From assembly GCA_964373795.1 (NCBI GenBank), contig CAYJVY010000005.1, positions 69,913 to 99,986 of the forward strand: a DNA stretch of 30,074 nt, in the 5' to 3' direction. Shown piece by piece: positions 15,544 through 23,121 of this stretch. The notes beneath the pieces are model-generated. The model saw nothing but the letters and a program-made list of their open reading frames with translations, searched no databases and was not told the DNA's origin. Positions within the stretch are counted from its first letter, which is position 1. Each line of letters begins with the position of its first letter. The position numbers were made by a program, and so were the translations under genes. Origin of the DNA: an uncultured archaeon. GTDB taxonomy: Archaea; Iainarchaeota; Iainarchaeia; Iainarchaeales; DATDZZ01.

Positions 15544-17154
15544 ATGATTGCAGCAGAATTGTTTGTTAAATGCCTTGAAAACGAGGAAACAGAATACGTT
15601 TTTGGTTTGCCTGGAGAAGAAATTCAAGACTTAATGCTTTCCTTGAAACACTCGCAAATTAAATTTGTTTCAACTAGGCATGAACAAGGAGCTGCATTCA
15701 TGGCAGATGTTTTTGGAAGACTTACAGGAAAAGCAGGGGTTTGCTTGTCAACTTTAGGCCCTGGAGCAACTAATTTGCTAACAGGCATTGCAGATGCAAA
15801 CCTAGATCATTCACCAGTAGTAGCAATTACTGGACAAGGAAGCATTGAAAGACTGCATAAGCTTTCACACCAAGTAATTGATATAGTGCAATTATTTAAA
15901 CCAATAACTAAATGGAATTCAAGAGTTTCAAGTGCTGTAACAATTCCTGAAATAGTCAGAAAAGCATTTAAAGTAAGTGAAATGGAAAAACCTGGAGCAA
16001 CTCATATTGAAATATCTGAAGACATTGCAGCCAAAGAAGTGAAAGAAAAACATCCATTAAAAAAAATTCTTGTTCGAAGGCCTGCAATAGATCATAAAGC
16101 ATTACAACAAGCAATTGAATTAATTCAAAAATCTGAAAAGCCTTTGATTCTAGCTGGAAACGGAGCAATAAGAAAACTTGCTTCAAAGCAATTACGTGAA
16201 TTTGTGGCAAAAACAAGCATTCCAGTTGTTTCAACTTTTATGGGAAAAGGAGCTACTTCAGATGAATCAGAAAACTCTTTGTTTTCAGTTGGATTAGGAG
16301 CAAACAAAAAAATTTTTAATGTATTCAAAGAAGCAGATTTAATTATTGCAATTGGATACGATATAGCTGAATACGATCCAATTAAATGGAATCCAGAAAA
16401 AGATAAAAAAATAATTCACATTGATTTCACTACAGCAGAAGTTTATGAAAATTACATTCCTGAAATAGAATTAGTTGCAGACATTTCAGACTCTTTATGG
16501 AATTTAAATCAAAAAATTTCAAAAAAAATTCTTTTCCCAGAAGCACAAAATTTAAGAAAAGAACTCGAACTTGAATGGAAAAACCATTCTCAAGAAGATT
16601 CAAAACAAATTTCAACTAAAAGCGTTTTATATTGTTTGAGGAAATTAATGAAGCCAAAAGATATTTTGATTTCAGATGTAGGAATTCATAAAATGTGGAT
16701 TGGATCAAGGTTTCCAACCTTTGAACCAGGAACAACAATTATTTCAAACGGATTTGCTTCAATGGGAATAGCTGTTCCAGGAGCAATTGGAGCAAAACTT
16801 GCACGCCCAGAACAAAGAATTGTAGCAGTAACAGGGGATGGAGGATTTTTAATGAATTCCCAAGAACTTGAAACAGCTAAACGCTTGGGAGTGAATTTCA
16901 CTGTAATAATTTTAAATGACTCTAGTTATGCTTTAATTGAAGAAAAATTTGTTCACAATAAAGGAGAAAGCTTTGGAACAGATTTAACTAATCCAGATTT
17001 GAAAGAATATGCAAAAAGTTTTGGAATAAAAGCTGAAACAGTTGAACAAGAAAAAGAATTACAATCAGTTCTAGAAAATGCTTTAAGCTCTGAAAAAATT
17101 TTTGTAATAGATGCGAGAATTGATTCCTCTTACAATAAAGAATTATTTAAATAA
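15544..17154 (+). CDS. Thiamine-diphosphate-dependent enzyme, acetolactate synthase large-subunit-like
   Basis: N-terminal Pyr domain (YVFGLPGEE, TRHEQGAAFMADVFGR, GPGATNL) and TPP-binding motif GDGGFLMNSQELETA...ILNDSSY. Confidence 0.85.
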   Translation: MIAAELFVKCLENEETEYVFGLPGEEIQDLMLSLKHSQIKFVSTRHEQGAAFMADVFGRLTGKAGVCLSTLGPGATNLLTGIADANLDHSPVVAITGQGSIERLHKLSHQVIDIVQLFKPITKWNSRVSSAVTIPEIVRKAFKVSEMEKPGATHIEISEDIAAKEVKEKHPLKKILVRRPAIDHKALQQAIELIQKSEKPLILAGNGAIRKLASKQLREFVAKTSIPVVSTFMGKGATSDESENSLFSVGLGANKKIFNVFKEADLIIAIGYDIAEYDPIKWNPEKDKKIIHIDFTTAEVYENYIPEIELVADISDSLWNLNQKISKKILFPEAQNLRKELELEWKNHSQEDSKQISTKSVLYCLRKLMKPKDILISDVGIHKMWIGSRFPTFEPGTTIISNGFASMGIAVPGAIGAKLARPEQRIVAVTGDGGFLMNSQELETAKRLGVNFTVIILNDSSYALIEEKFVHNKGESFGTDLTNPDLKEYAKSFGIKAETVEQEKELQSVLENALSSEKIFVIDARIDSSYNKELFK

Positions 17155-17476
17155 TGATGTTAATGAAATGCCCAAAATGCAAATCAAATCTTAGAAAAGC
17201 AGAAGTAGAAATTGAGGGCGCGATTCAAAGGCGCTTAGTTACCAGTGTCAAAAATGTAACTTTATTGAATTTGAATCTGAACATTCAAGAAAGGTATTAA
17301 AAGAATTAAAACAAAAAGAATCAGCTCTTAAAATAAAACAAAAAATAATTAAGCTTTCAAAAGATAGACTTGGAATGTATTTCAATAAAAATATTGTAGA
17401 AAGCCTTGAATTAAAAGGCGGGGAAGAAATTAAAGTATCTATTCCAGACAAAAAACACATAGTATTAATATTATAA
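17154..17476 (+). pseudogene. Frameshifted zinc-ribbon / SpoVT-AbrB-like small protein
   Basis: The frame from ATG 17154 gives MMLMKCPKCKSNLRKAEVEIEGAIQ.. and then stops. The -1 frame continues ..KALSYQCQKCNFIEFESEHSRKVLKEL...LSKDRLGMYFNKNIVESLELKGGEEIKVSIPDKKHIVLIL to 17476. The two CxxC halves of one zinc ribbon therefore sit in different frames. Confidence 0.6.
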
Positions 17477-17543
17477 TCTAATTTTTAAGTACCGTTATTG
17501 AAAAGCCTTAAATATTTTGGCAAACATTAATTGTTTGATTGAA

Positions 17544-18668
17544 ATGCCTAGAATGGAAAGAATTAAAACTGCTTTAAGAAGGCTTGGAGAAAGGATTACT
17601 CCAGCAAGATTTAGAAAACCTGAAAATGCAAGAAGAGTAACAGATGTTTTAAGACAAACTGGTTTTAGGCCAAGAGGATGGTATAGTTTGTTTCAAAAAT
17701 TTGCTCAAACAGATTTTGCTAAAAGAATGGCTCAAGGAATTGGAGAAGTGCCACTTGGAGGAGCTCCATCTCTTTATGTATTAGATATTTTCTTAGTTGG
17801 AGGAAGCAAAAGACTGAGAAGAAAAGAGCTTTCAAAAGCCTTGAAAAAATTATTCATTGACAAGCCAGAGTTAAGAAAAAGACTTGTATTAGATGTATGC
17901 GAAGCATTATATGAAAACCATAAATTTTTAAAAGAAGGAAGTGAAGGAAGAGATTTTCCAATTTATGATAAAAGATTAAGGGAAACAGTTTATGCAACAT
18001 TTGATGAATTATATGACAAACTGCATGAAAAAGATGCAGACAGAAAAAGACATGAAGCAAGAGGAAAAGAATTTTTAAGAGAATTAGTAAGAGACATGCT
18101 TTCAGATCATGATTTTTTAATGAGAATTCCTTTAGGGGAAAGAGAGAAAAGAGTTAGAGCATTAGAACACGTATTAGGAGGACAAAGTGGAAGAATAAGA
18201 GACTATGATGTCAATCAAATTGATTTTGTTAGGGACTCTTTTGAAATATATTTGCCTTTACTAGAAAAATGTAAGAAATTTATTTCAGAAGCAGATAGAA
18301 TGACAAAAATCTTAGGAAACAGGACAAGAATTTATTATTCTTTAATGAAAATGCTTGCATTATCTGAAATAGTTTTACGTAATAATACTGATTTACTGGG
18401 ATTAAATTATCCTGCAAAAAATTTTGAAAAACTAGTGAAACCAGTTTTAGAAGCAAACGAAGAATCAATGGAATCAATTAGAAGGTTTCAAAAAATGTTA
18501 GTAGAAGGCCAAATTAGATTGCCTGAACCAGCTCCACAATTTAAATCCATGCATCCACAAGAGTTTACTGAAATGCAGTTCTTATCAGAACTAGTTAAAG
18601 ATCATTTAAATAAGATTAAAAGAAATGTTGCAGTAGAAGTATTACAAGGAATTGAGGTGAAAAAATGA
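17544..18668 (+). CDS. Hypothetical protein (about 375 aa), function unknown
   Basis: Long ORF. The TATA-like TTAAATATTTT at about 17507-17517 fits a leaderless ATG at 17544 (the track ORF starts at TTG 17517). Arg-rich N-terminus (MPRMERIKTALRRLGERI). Confidence 0.6.
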   Translation: MPRMERIKTALRRLGERITPARFRKPENARRVTDVLRQTGFRPRGWYSLFQKFAQTDFAKRMAQGIGEVPLGGAPSLYVLDIFLVGGSKRLRRKELSKALKKLFIDKPELRKRLVLDVCEALYENHKFLKEGSEGRDFPIYDKRLRETVYATFDELYDKLHEKDADRKRHEARGKEFLRELVRDMLSDHDFLMRIPLGEREKRVRALEHVLGGQSGRIRDYDVNQIDFVRDSFEIYLPLLEKCKKFISEADRMTKILGNRTRIYYSLMKMLALSEIVLRNNTDLLGLNYPAKNFEKLVKPVLEANEESMESIRRFQKMLVEGQIRLPEPAPQFKSMHPQEFTEMQFLSELVKDHLNKIKRNVAVEVLQGIEVKK

Positions 18669-18952
18669 AGAAACAAAAACTTCCTAGAAAAGAAAACAAG
18701 CCTTTAGGAGAAGAGGAAGAAGAAAAAGATATTTACAGTGAAAAAGGAGTTGAAGAAGAATTAGAAGACGATGAAATAACTGCAGAAGAAGCAGGATTCA
18801 TGGAAGGATACGATAACAAAGAATTAATTTGTAAAAACTGTGAAAACGAATTTGATTTAGAAAAAGCAATTGAACGCGACATTAAAGGCAAAGCATATTT
18901 GTTTTGTTCAAAGCATTGTGCCGAAATTTTTAGCAATAAAAACAAGAAATAA
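18665..18952 (+). CDS. Small acidic protein with a TRASH-like C-x2-C-x21-C-x3-C metal-binding domain
   Basis: CKNC ...21 aa... CSKHC matches the TRASH spacing. Poly-Glu N-terminal half. ATGA overlap with the upstream gene. Confidence 0.55.
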   Translation: MKKQKLPRKENKPLGEEEEEKDIYSEKGVEEELEDDEITAEEAGFMEGYDNKELICKNCENEFDLEKAIERDIKGKAYLFCSKHCAEIFSNKNKK

Positions 18953-18962
18953 AAAAAGAAAA

Positions 18963-19110
18963 TTCAGCCACGCTGGCTGAACTTGTCAGCTTCGCCGGTT
19001 GCAATGTCTTGTGCGTCGAGCACGAGGGTCAACGTCGTCCTTCAGCTGTAGTCTCGCGCGGCAAGCGCAATGCCCACGTGGGCACTCAGCCTCGCCGGCT
19101 GAACGGCGAA
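18963..19110 (-). repeat. GC-rich hairpin element, copy B (inverted relative to A)
   Basis: 19095-19110 is the exact reverse complement of 6641-6656. The core 19034-19094 is 56/61 identical to the reverse complement of 6679-6739. Palindrome TGCCCACGTGGGCA at 19071-19084. Hairpin ttcagcc-acgct-ggctgaa at 18963-18981. Lies between convergent genes. Confidence 0.7.
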
Positions 19111-19117
19111 AAGAGTT

Positions 19118-19828
19118 TTACTTTGAAACTCTTTTCTTTACTCCTTCAAATAATTGGTCGAATAATGCTTGGTTTTTAAGAGCTGCTTTAGAAATAGAGT
19201 CTTTCAAACCTAAACCCATTGCTAAACCAAATCCTAATCCAACTGCTACTACTATTGCTGCTACAAATAATTGAAGCAATTGAAGTAAACTGCTTACATT
19301 AATGTTTGGAAGAAACAAAGGTAAAGCAATTACTACAGCCAAATAAAATACTAACAAAGTAACTAGAACAGATAATTGTTTAACAAAAACAAAATGAGTT
19401 TGTTCTAATACTCTTTCAGCATACTTTGAGGCAACTGAAGCAAGTAATAACACAAGCAATCCTTGAACAAGTAAAGGAATATATCCAAGTACTTGTGATA
19501 CAATTACTACCAAATAGTTAACATTAACTAATTGCACTGCTGCTCCTAAGAATGCTAATACAATGTAAATATCAACTAAAATATGAATAACCCAGTTAAT
19601 GCTTACTCTACCAAAAGCTTCTTTTAATCCAACTGAATCAAAGAATTCATTTGCTTTGGATTTATTCAATAACCATGCTAAAACTTTATTCACTACAAAT
19701 GCTACAATTAATCCTAAAACAAAAAAAAGCAATAGGACTACAACTGCAGCAACTATTTGAACGCTTTGTCCAACAACAGCGTTCACAACACTTACCGGAT
19801 CTAATATATTAAAACCATGCGATGTCAA
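19118..19828 (-). CDS. Polytopic membrane protein (conserved-TM-helix / MscS-N-terminal-like, tentative)
   Basis: Repeated long hydrophobic helices. AGGAGG lies 9 nt upstream of the TTG start at 19828. Confidence 0.6.
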   Translation of the reverse strand: MTSHGFNILDPVSVVNAVVGQSVQIVAAVVVLLLFFVLGLIVAFVVNKVLAWLLNKSKANEFFDSVGLKEAFGRVSINWVIHILVDIYIVLAFLGAAVQLVNVNYLVVIVSQVLGYIPLLVQGLLVLLLASVASKYAERVLEQTHFVFVKQLSVLVTLLVFYLAVVIALPLFLPNINVSSLLQLLQLFVAAIVVAVGLGFGLAMGLGLKDSISKAALKNQALFDQLFEGVKKRVSK

Positions 19829-19954
19829 ATTACTAACCTCCTATTAAATTTAAATTTAGTAATTACAAGGGATAAAGGAATTAAATGTATAAATACATTT
19901 CTACCAAGAAAAGAAAATTTACTGTGATTGACGATAATTTAATGAGTTATTTGC

Positions 19955-20578
19955 TTGTTCGAAAGAAAATCAAGAAAATACTCTAAAGCAAAAGAATATA
20001 ATTTTCAAATCAAAGATAATTATATGGATCTATTTCCTGAAAAAACAGCAATAGCACAAAAATCCATAAAAGATTTATTGGCACTTATTCAAGAAGCAGT
20101 TAACAAATTAGGAACAGAATTCACTGAACACGATAATTTCTGAGGCTTAATTGTTAAAATAAATCAAAGAAAACCTGGAGAGAAATCAGTAAAATCAGAA
20201 AGTGAAAAATATGCTCAAAGAATTTTAAGTCTTGGCGAAACTGTTTGTAGAAAGATTAGACAAACTGGAATAATTCCACTCAATAGAGGACAAACAATAA
20301 ATCAGGCAATGGAAATAGTTAAGCAAGAAACTCGATGGAAAAAACTAGTACAAAAAGGAGTAATGAGGAAAAGTGATCAATTATTTAAATCGTGTAAGGC
20401 AAGAATTAGGTATTTTGAAGTTTATCTACAAATACCAGTTCCTACAGAATTAATTACAACTTTTGAAAAAATGCAACTCATTGAAGCACAAGAAAAAGCC
20501 AGGCGTTTTAAGAAAGCCATAAAACGAAGGAAAAAACCTCCTGGAACAGGACCAAAAAATAGATTCGGAAAAAGATGA
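19955..20578 (+). CDS. Hypothetical protein reading frame interrupted by one in-frame TGA (20141-20143)
   Basis: Track ORFs 19955..20143 and 20309..20578 are in the same frame. The 165 nt between them contain no stop and no ATG/GTG/TTG, and translate to protein-like sequence (GLIVKINQRKPGEKSVKSESEKYAQRILSLGETVCRKIRQTGIIPLNRGQTINQA). Confidence 0.5.
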
Positions 20579-20635
20579 TAATTCAGATTTTAGGCTCTAA
20601 ATAAATTTAAATCTTTGCTGTATTCAATTATGTAA

Positions 20636-20768
20636 TTTGCCGACACGTCCGGCGAGTATGCGCACAGTCTTTGACTGAGCATGCTCACTTCGTTCGCTTG
20701 AAGCCACGCGCGATGAGCGCGAACAACGAGTATGAACAGCAGACGTTAGTGACATGCACAAGTAAGAA
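20636..20768 (+). repeat. GC-rich hairpin element, diverged copy C
   Basis: Collinear blocks shared with A and revcomp(B): TTTGCCG / CCGGCGAG / CTGAG+palindrome (TGAGCATGCTCA at 20686-20697) / CGCTTG..GCGCGA / ACAGC..GACGTT / GCACAAG. Terminal hairpin gccg-acacgtc-cggc. Lies about 50 nt upstream of tRNA-Asp. Confidence 0.55.
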
Positions 20769-20792
20769 GTTGTTTTAAGAAATTCTTTTTGT

Positions 20793-20819
20793 CAACTTTT
20801 TCTTTGAAAGAAAAAGTTG
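20793..20819. promoter_or_regulatory. 27-nt perfect palindrome CAACTTTTTCTTT-G-AAAGAAAAAGTTG ending 2 nt before tRNA-Asp
   Basis: 13+13 nt perfect dyad checked base by base. Function unknown (processing signal, terminator of the upstream element, or protein-binding site). Confidence 0.4.
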
Positions 20820-20821
20820 CT

Positions 20822-20893
20822 GCCTACCTAGTCTATCGGTTAGGATGCGGCCCTGTCGAGGCTGCGAGCCGGGTCCGACTCCCGGGGTAGGCG
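20822..20893 (+). tRNA. tRNA-Asp (anticodon GTC)
   Basis: 72-nt cloverleaf. Acceptor gcctacc/ggtaggc, D arm gtct-atcggtta-ggat, anticodon arm cggcc-ctGTCga-ggctg, T arm ccggg-tccgact-cccgg, discriminator G. Confidence 0.85.
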
Positions 20894-20895
20894 TA

Positions 20896-21156
20896 ATGAA
20901 AATTGAAAAAAAGGTTTGGCCAGATTTTTTTAAAAAAATTGTTAACGGAGATAAAAACTTTGAATTACGTTTGGCGGATTTTAAATGCAAGCCTAGAGAT
21001 ATATTAATCTTAAAAGAATGGAATCCGAAAACAAAAAATTTCACTGGAAGAGTTATTGAAAAAAAAGTTACTTATGTTATGAAAACTAAAAACGTGAAAT
21101 TTTGGTCTGAAAAAGATATTCAAAAATATGGATTCCAAGTTATTGCATTAAAATAA
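20896..21156 (+). CDS. DUF3850 / ASCH-like (PUA-fold) small protein
   Basis: MKIEKKVWPDFFKKIVNGDKNFELRLADF...ILILKEWNP...TGRVIEKKVTYV follows the DUF3850 pattern. The track ORF start (20845) lies inside the tRNA, so I take the ATG at 20896. Confidence 0.75.
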   Translation: MKIEKKVWPDFFKKIVNGDKNFELRLADFKCKPRDILILKEWNPKTKNFTGRVIEKKVTYVMKTKNVKFWSEKDIQKYGFQVIALK

Positions 21157-21175
21157 TTTTTTCAGGCATTGTAAC

Positions 21176-21823
21176 TCATTTTTGCTCTGGAGGAATTTTT
21201 TTAAACTCAAACTGAATTTTTCCAGCTTTGCCTTCAAAATCACCTGTATAATAAAGCCATAAAAAACTCAAACTCTCTAAAGGACCATCAACAAAAGAAG
21301 TTGAATCAGTTTCCCAACCATTTAAAACAATTCTTCCAAATAAATTTTCTTTTCTAGTAATTTTTCCCATTGTTTGAGTAGAACTAATTTTTTCCCACCT
21401 GTTCCAATCACTTTCCTCTATTTCTTTTTCTTCCCAAGTTCCATTAAGAGCGGTTCCACTAGGATCTGCAAAACTCCAAGAGAAATCTTTACATAACTCT
21501 AAAACGCCATTGCCTGAAGGCAAAGTCTTCCAATCATCAAATGAAAAATAAATTGCTTTAGACCAAGGCCTCCATTTACCTACAAACAAGGTATTTGCAT
21601 TTCCATCAGTTAAACAAGGATTTTCTTTTGAAGGATTGTTGAAAACAATTGGTTTAACTGGTTCAAATTTTTTAACTTCAATTGGATCTATTTTTTTAAC
21701 TTCATCTTTACTAAGCTTAGTTAAAGGTTTAGAGTCTTTAATTTCATTGAATAAATCAGAAGAATTAATGCATCCAGACAATAAAATAATTAAAATAATG
21801 AAAACAAAAATTTCCTTGAACAT
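21176..21823 (-). CDS. Secreted/lipoprotein-like hypothetical protein
   Basis: Signal peptide ending LLSGC. Trp-rich mature part. No family recognised. Confidence 0.6.
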   Translation of the reverse strand: MFKEIFVFIILIILLSGCINSSDLFNEIKDSKPLTKLSKDEVKKIDPIEVKKFEPVKPIVFNNPSKENPCLTDGNANTLFVGKWRPWSKAIYFSFDDWKTLPSGNGVLELCKDFSWSFADPSGTALNGTWEEKEIEESDWNRWEKISSTQTMGKITRKENLFGRIVLNGWETDSTSFVDGPLESLSFLWLYYTGDFEGKAGKIQFEFKKIPPEQK

Positions 21824-21943
21824 TTAAAACACTATATTGAATAAAAGCAAAACTAATATTTAAAAGTTTTAAACACATGAAGAATACATTTGAATTAATG
21901 AAAAACACTTTAATTTGATTGGTTAAATATTTTGAGGGAAATT

Positions 21944-22534
21944 ATGGTTTTAACTGCTTCAAGCTATAAAGTTTTGCAAGGCGGTTCAAAAGCGCCTGAT
22001 TTTGGAAAATTAAAAGGAATTGATGGCAAACTCCATTCATTACAGGAATTTAAGGGAAAAAAAGCATTGCTAATTGTTTTCATGTGCAATCATTGTCCAT
22101 ATGTTCAACCAAAGATTGCAAAATTAATTGAATTACAATCCTTGTATGGAAAAAAAGGATTGCAATTAGTGGGAATTAATTGCAATAACATAGAAGAATA
22201 TGTAGATGACTCTTTTGAAAAAATGAAAGAATTTGTAAAAGAAAAAGGAATTAATTTTGTTTACTTAATTGATGAATCACAAGAAAGTGCGAAAAAATTT
22301 GGAGCAACTTGTACTCCAGATCCTTTTTTGTTTAACGAAAAAATGGAGTTAGTTTATCATGGAAGAATAGATGAAGCTCACGGCAAGCCACACGAAACTG
22401 CTAAAACAAATGAATTAGAACAAGCAATTCAGGAATTGCTTGAAAAAGGAAAAGTAAGTGTTGCTCCATTGCCTTCAATGGGTTGCAATATTAAATGGAA
22501 ACCAGGAAACGAGCCAAGTTATTGGAAGCATTAA
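21944..22534 (+). CDS. Thioredoxin-fold redoxin (AhpC/TSA-like family)
   Basis: KALLIVFMCNHCPYV active-site region, GLQLVGIN and TPDPFLF, typical of this thioredoxin-like family. ATG at 21944 preferred over TTG at 21932. Confidence 0.75.
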   Translation: MVLTASSYKVLQGGSKAPDFGKLKGIDGKLHSLQEFKGKKALLIVFMCNHCPYVQPKIAKLIELQSLYGKKGLQLVGINCNNIEEYVDDSFEKMKEFVKEKGINFVYLIDESQESAKKFGATCTPDPFLFNEKMELVYHGRIDEAHGKPHETAKTNELEQAIQELLEKGKVSVAPLPSMGCNIKWKPGNEPSYWKH

Positions 22535-22547
22535 AGTGAGTGAATTT

Positions 22548-23045
22548 ATGCCAAAAGAAAAAATTAATGAAGAAAGTTTTTCTTTCTTCAAGAAAGCAAA
22601 AATTTTTAGAAAAGAAATCTATTTAGAGCACGATCCATTTGAAGCAAGAATGATTGGCCCGGATAAAGTAATTTATTTTGCTAAAAAAGACAATAAAGAA
22701 ATTCCCTTAGAAAATCTTTATATTGTTCAAGAAAATGGTACAACTAAAACAAATGTTTCGCATTTGAATGAACTTATCTCAGATGAAAAACTGATTTTGA
22801 GTAAATCTGAAGCAAAAGAATTTGCTGAAATGATTTTAATACTTAGAGGTGGCTCAATCTATGAATCTGGAAAAATTCTGGAAGTGAAACAAGAAAAAGA
22901 TTTTTTTAAAGCAATTGCAAAGTTAAAGCACATTATTGGAATGGTTCCCTATCACTATGAATCTGATTTAGAGTTTTCCTTCAACAAAGATGGAACAATA
23001 AAAGAATTCAAACAATCTGAAAAGTGGATAGTTGAAGGATACTGA
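22548..23045 (+). CDS. Hypothetical protein
   Basis: Internal ATG (MPKEKINEES) 14 nt after the upstream stop. The upstream part of track ORF 22458 overlaps the redoxin gene. Confidence 0.5.
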   Translation: MPKEKINEESFSFFKKAKIFRKEIYLEHDPFEARMIGPDKVIYFAKKDNKEIPLENLYIVQENGTTKTNVSHLNELISDEKLILSKSEAKEFAEMILILRGGSIYESGKILEVKQEKDFFKAIAKLKHIIGMVPYHYESDLEFSFNKDGTIKEFKQSEKWIVEGY

Positions 23046-23121
23046 ATTAGTAGAGTTAGTAAAACTCCTGCGAGATATCTCTTCTGATAAATTAAAAATC
23101 CTTTTGAAGCAGAGTTAAAAC

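Noticed and set aside
18999-19274. Track ORF 18999..19274 (+) through element B and antisense to the membrane gene
   Set aside because: The first half is the GC element and the second half is the antisense shadow of the well-supported 19118..19828 gene. No start context.
20636-20768. Possible C/D box sRNA in element C (CTGA at about 20685, GATGA at about 20712)
   Set aside because: The box order is D-like before C-like. No upstream RUGAUGA or downstream CUGA exists to complete a C/D-C'/D' layout, and there are no terminal pairing stems.
20775-21044. Track ORFs 20775..21044 (-) and the 20845 start of 20845..21156 (+)
   Set aside because: Both run through tRNA-Asp. The DUF3850 family N-terminus begins at the internal ATG at 20896.
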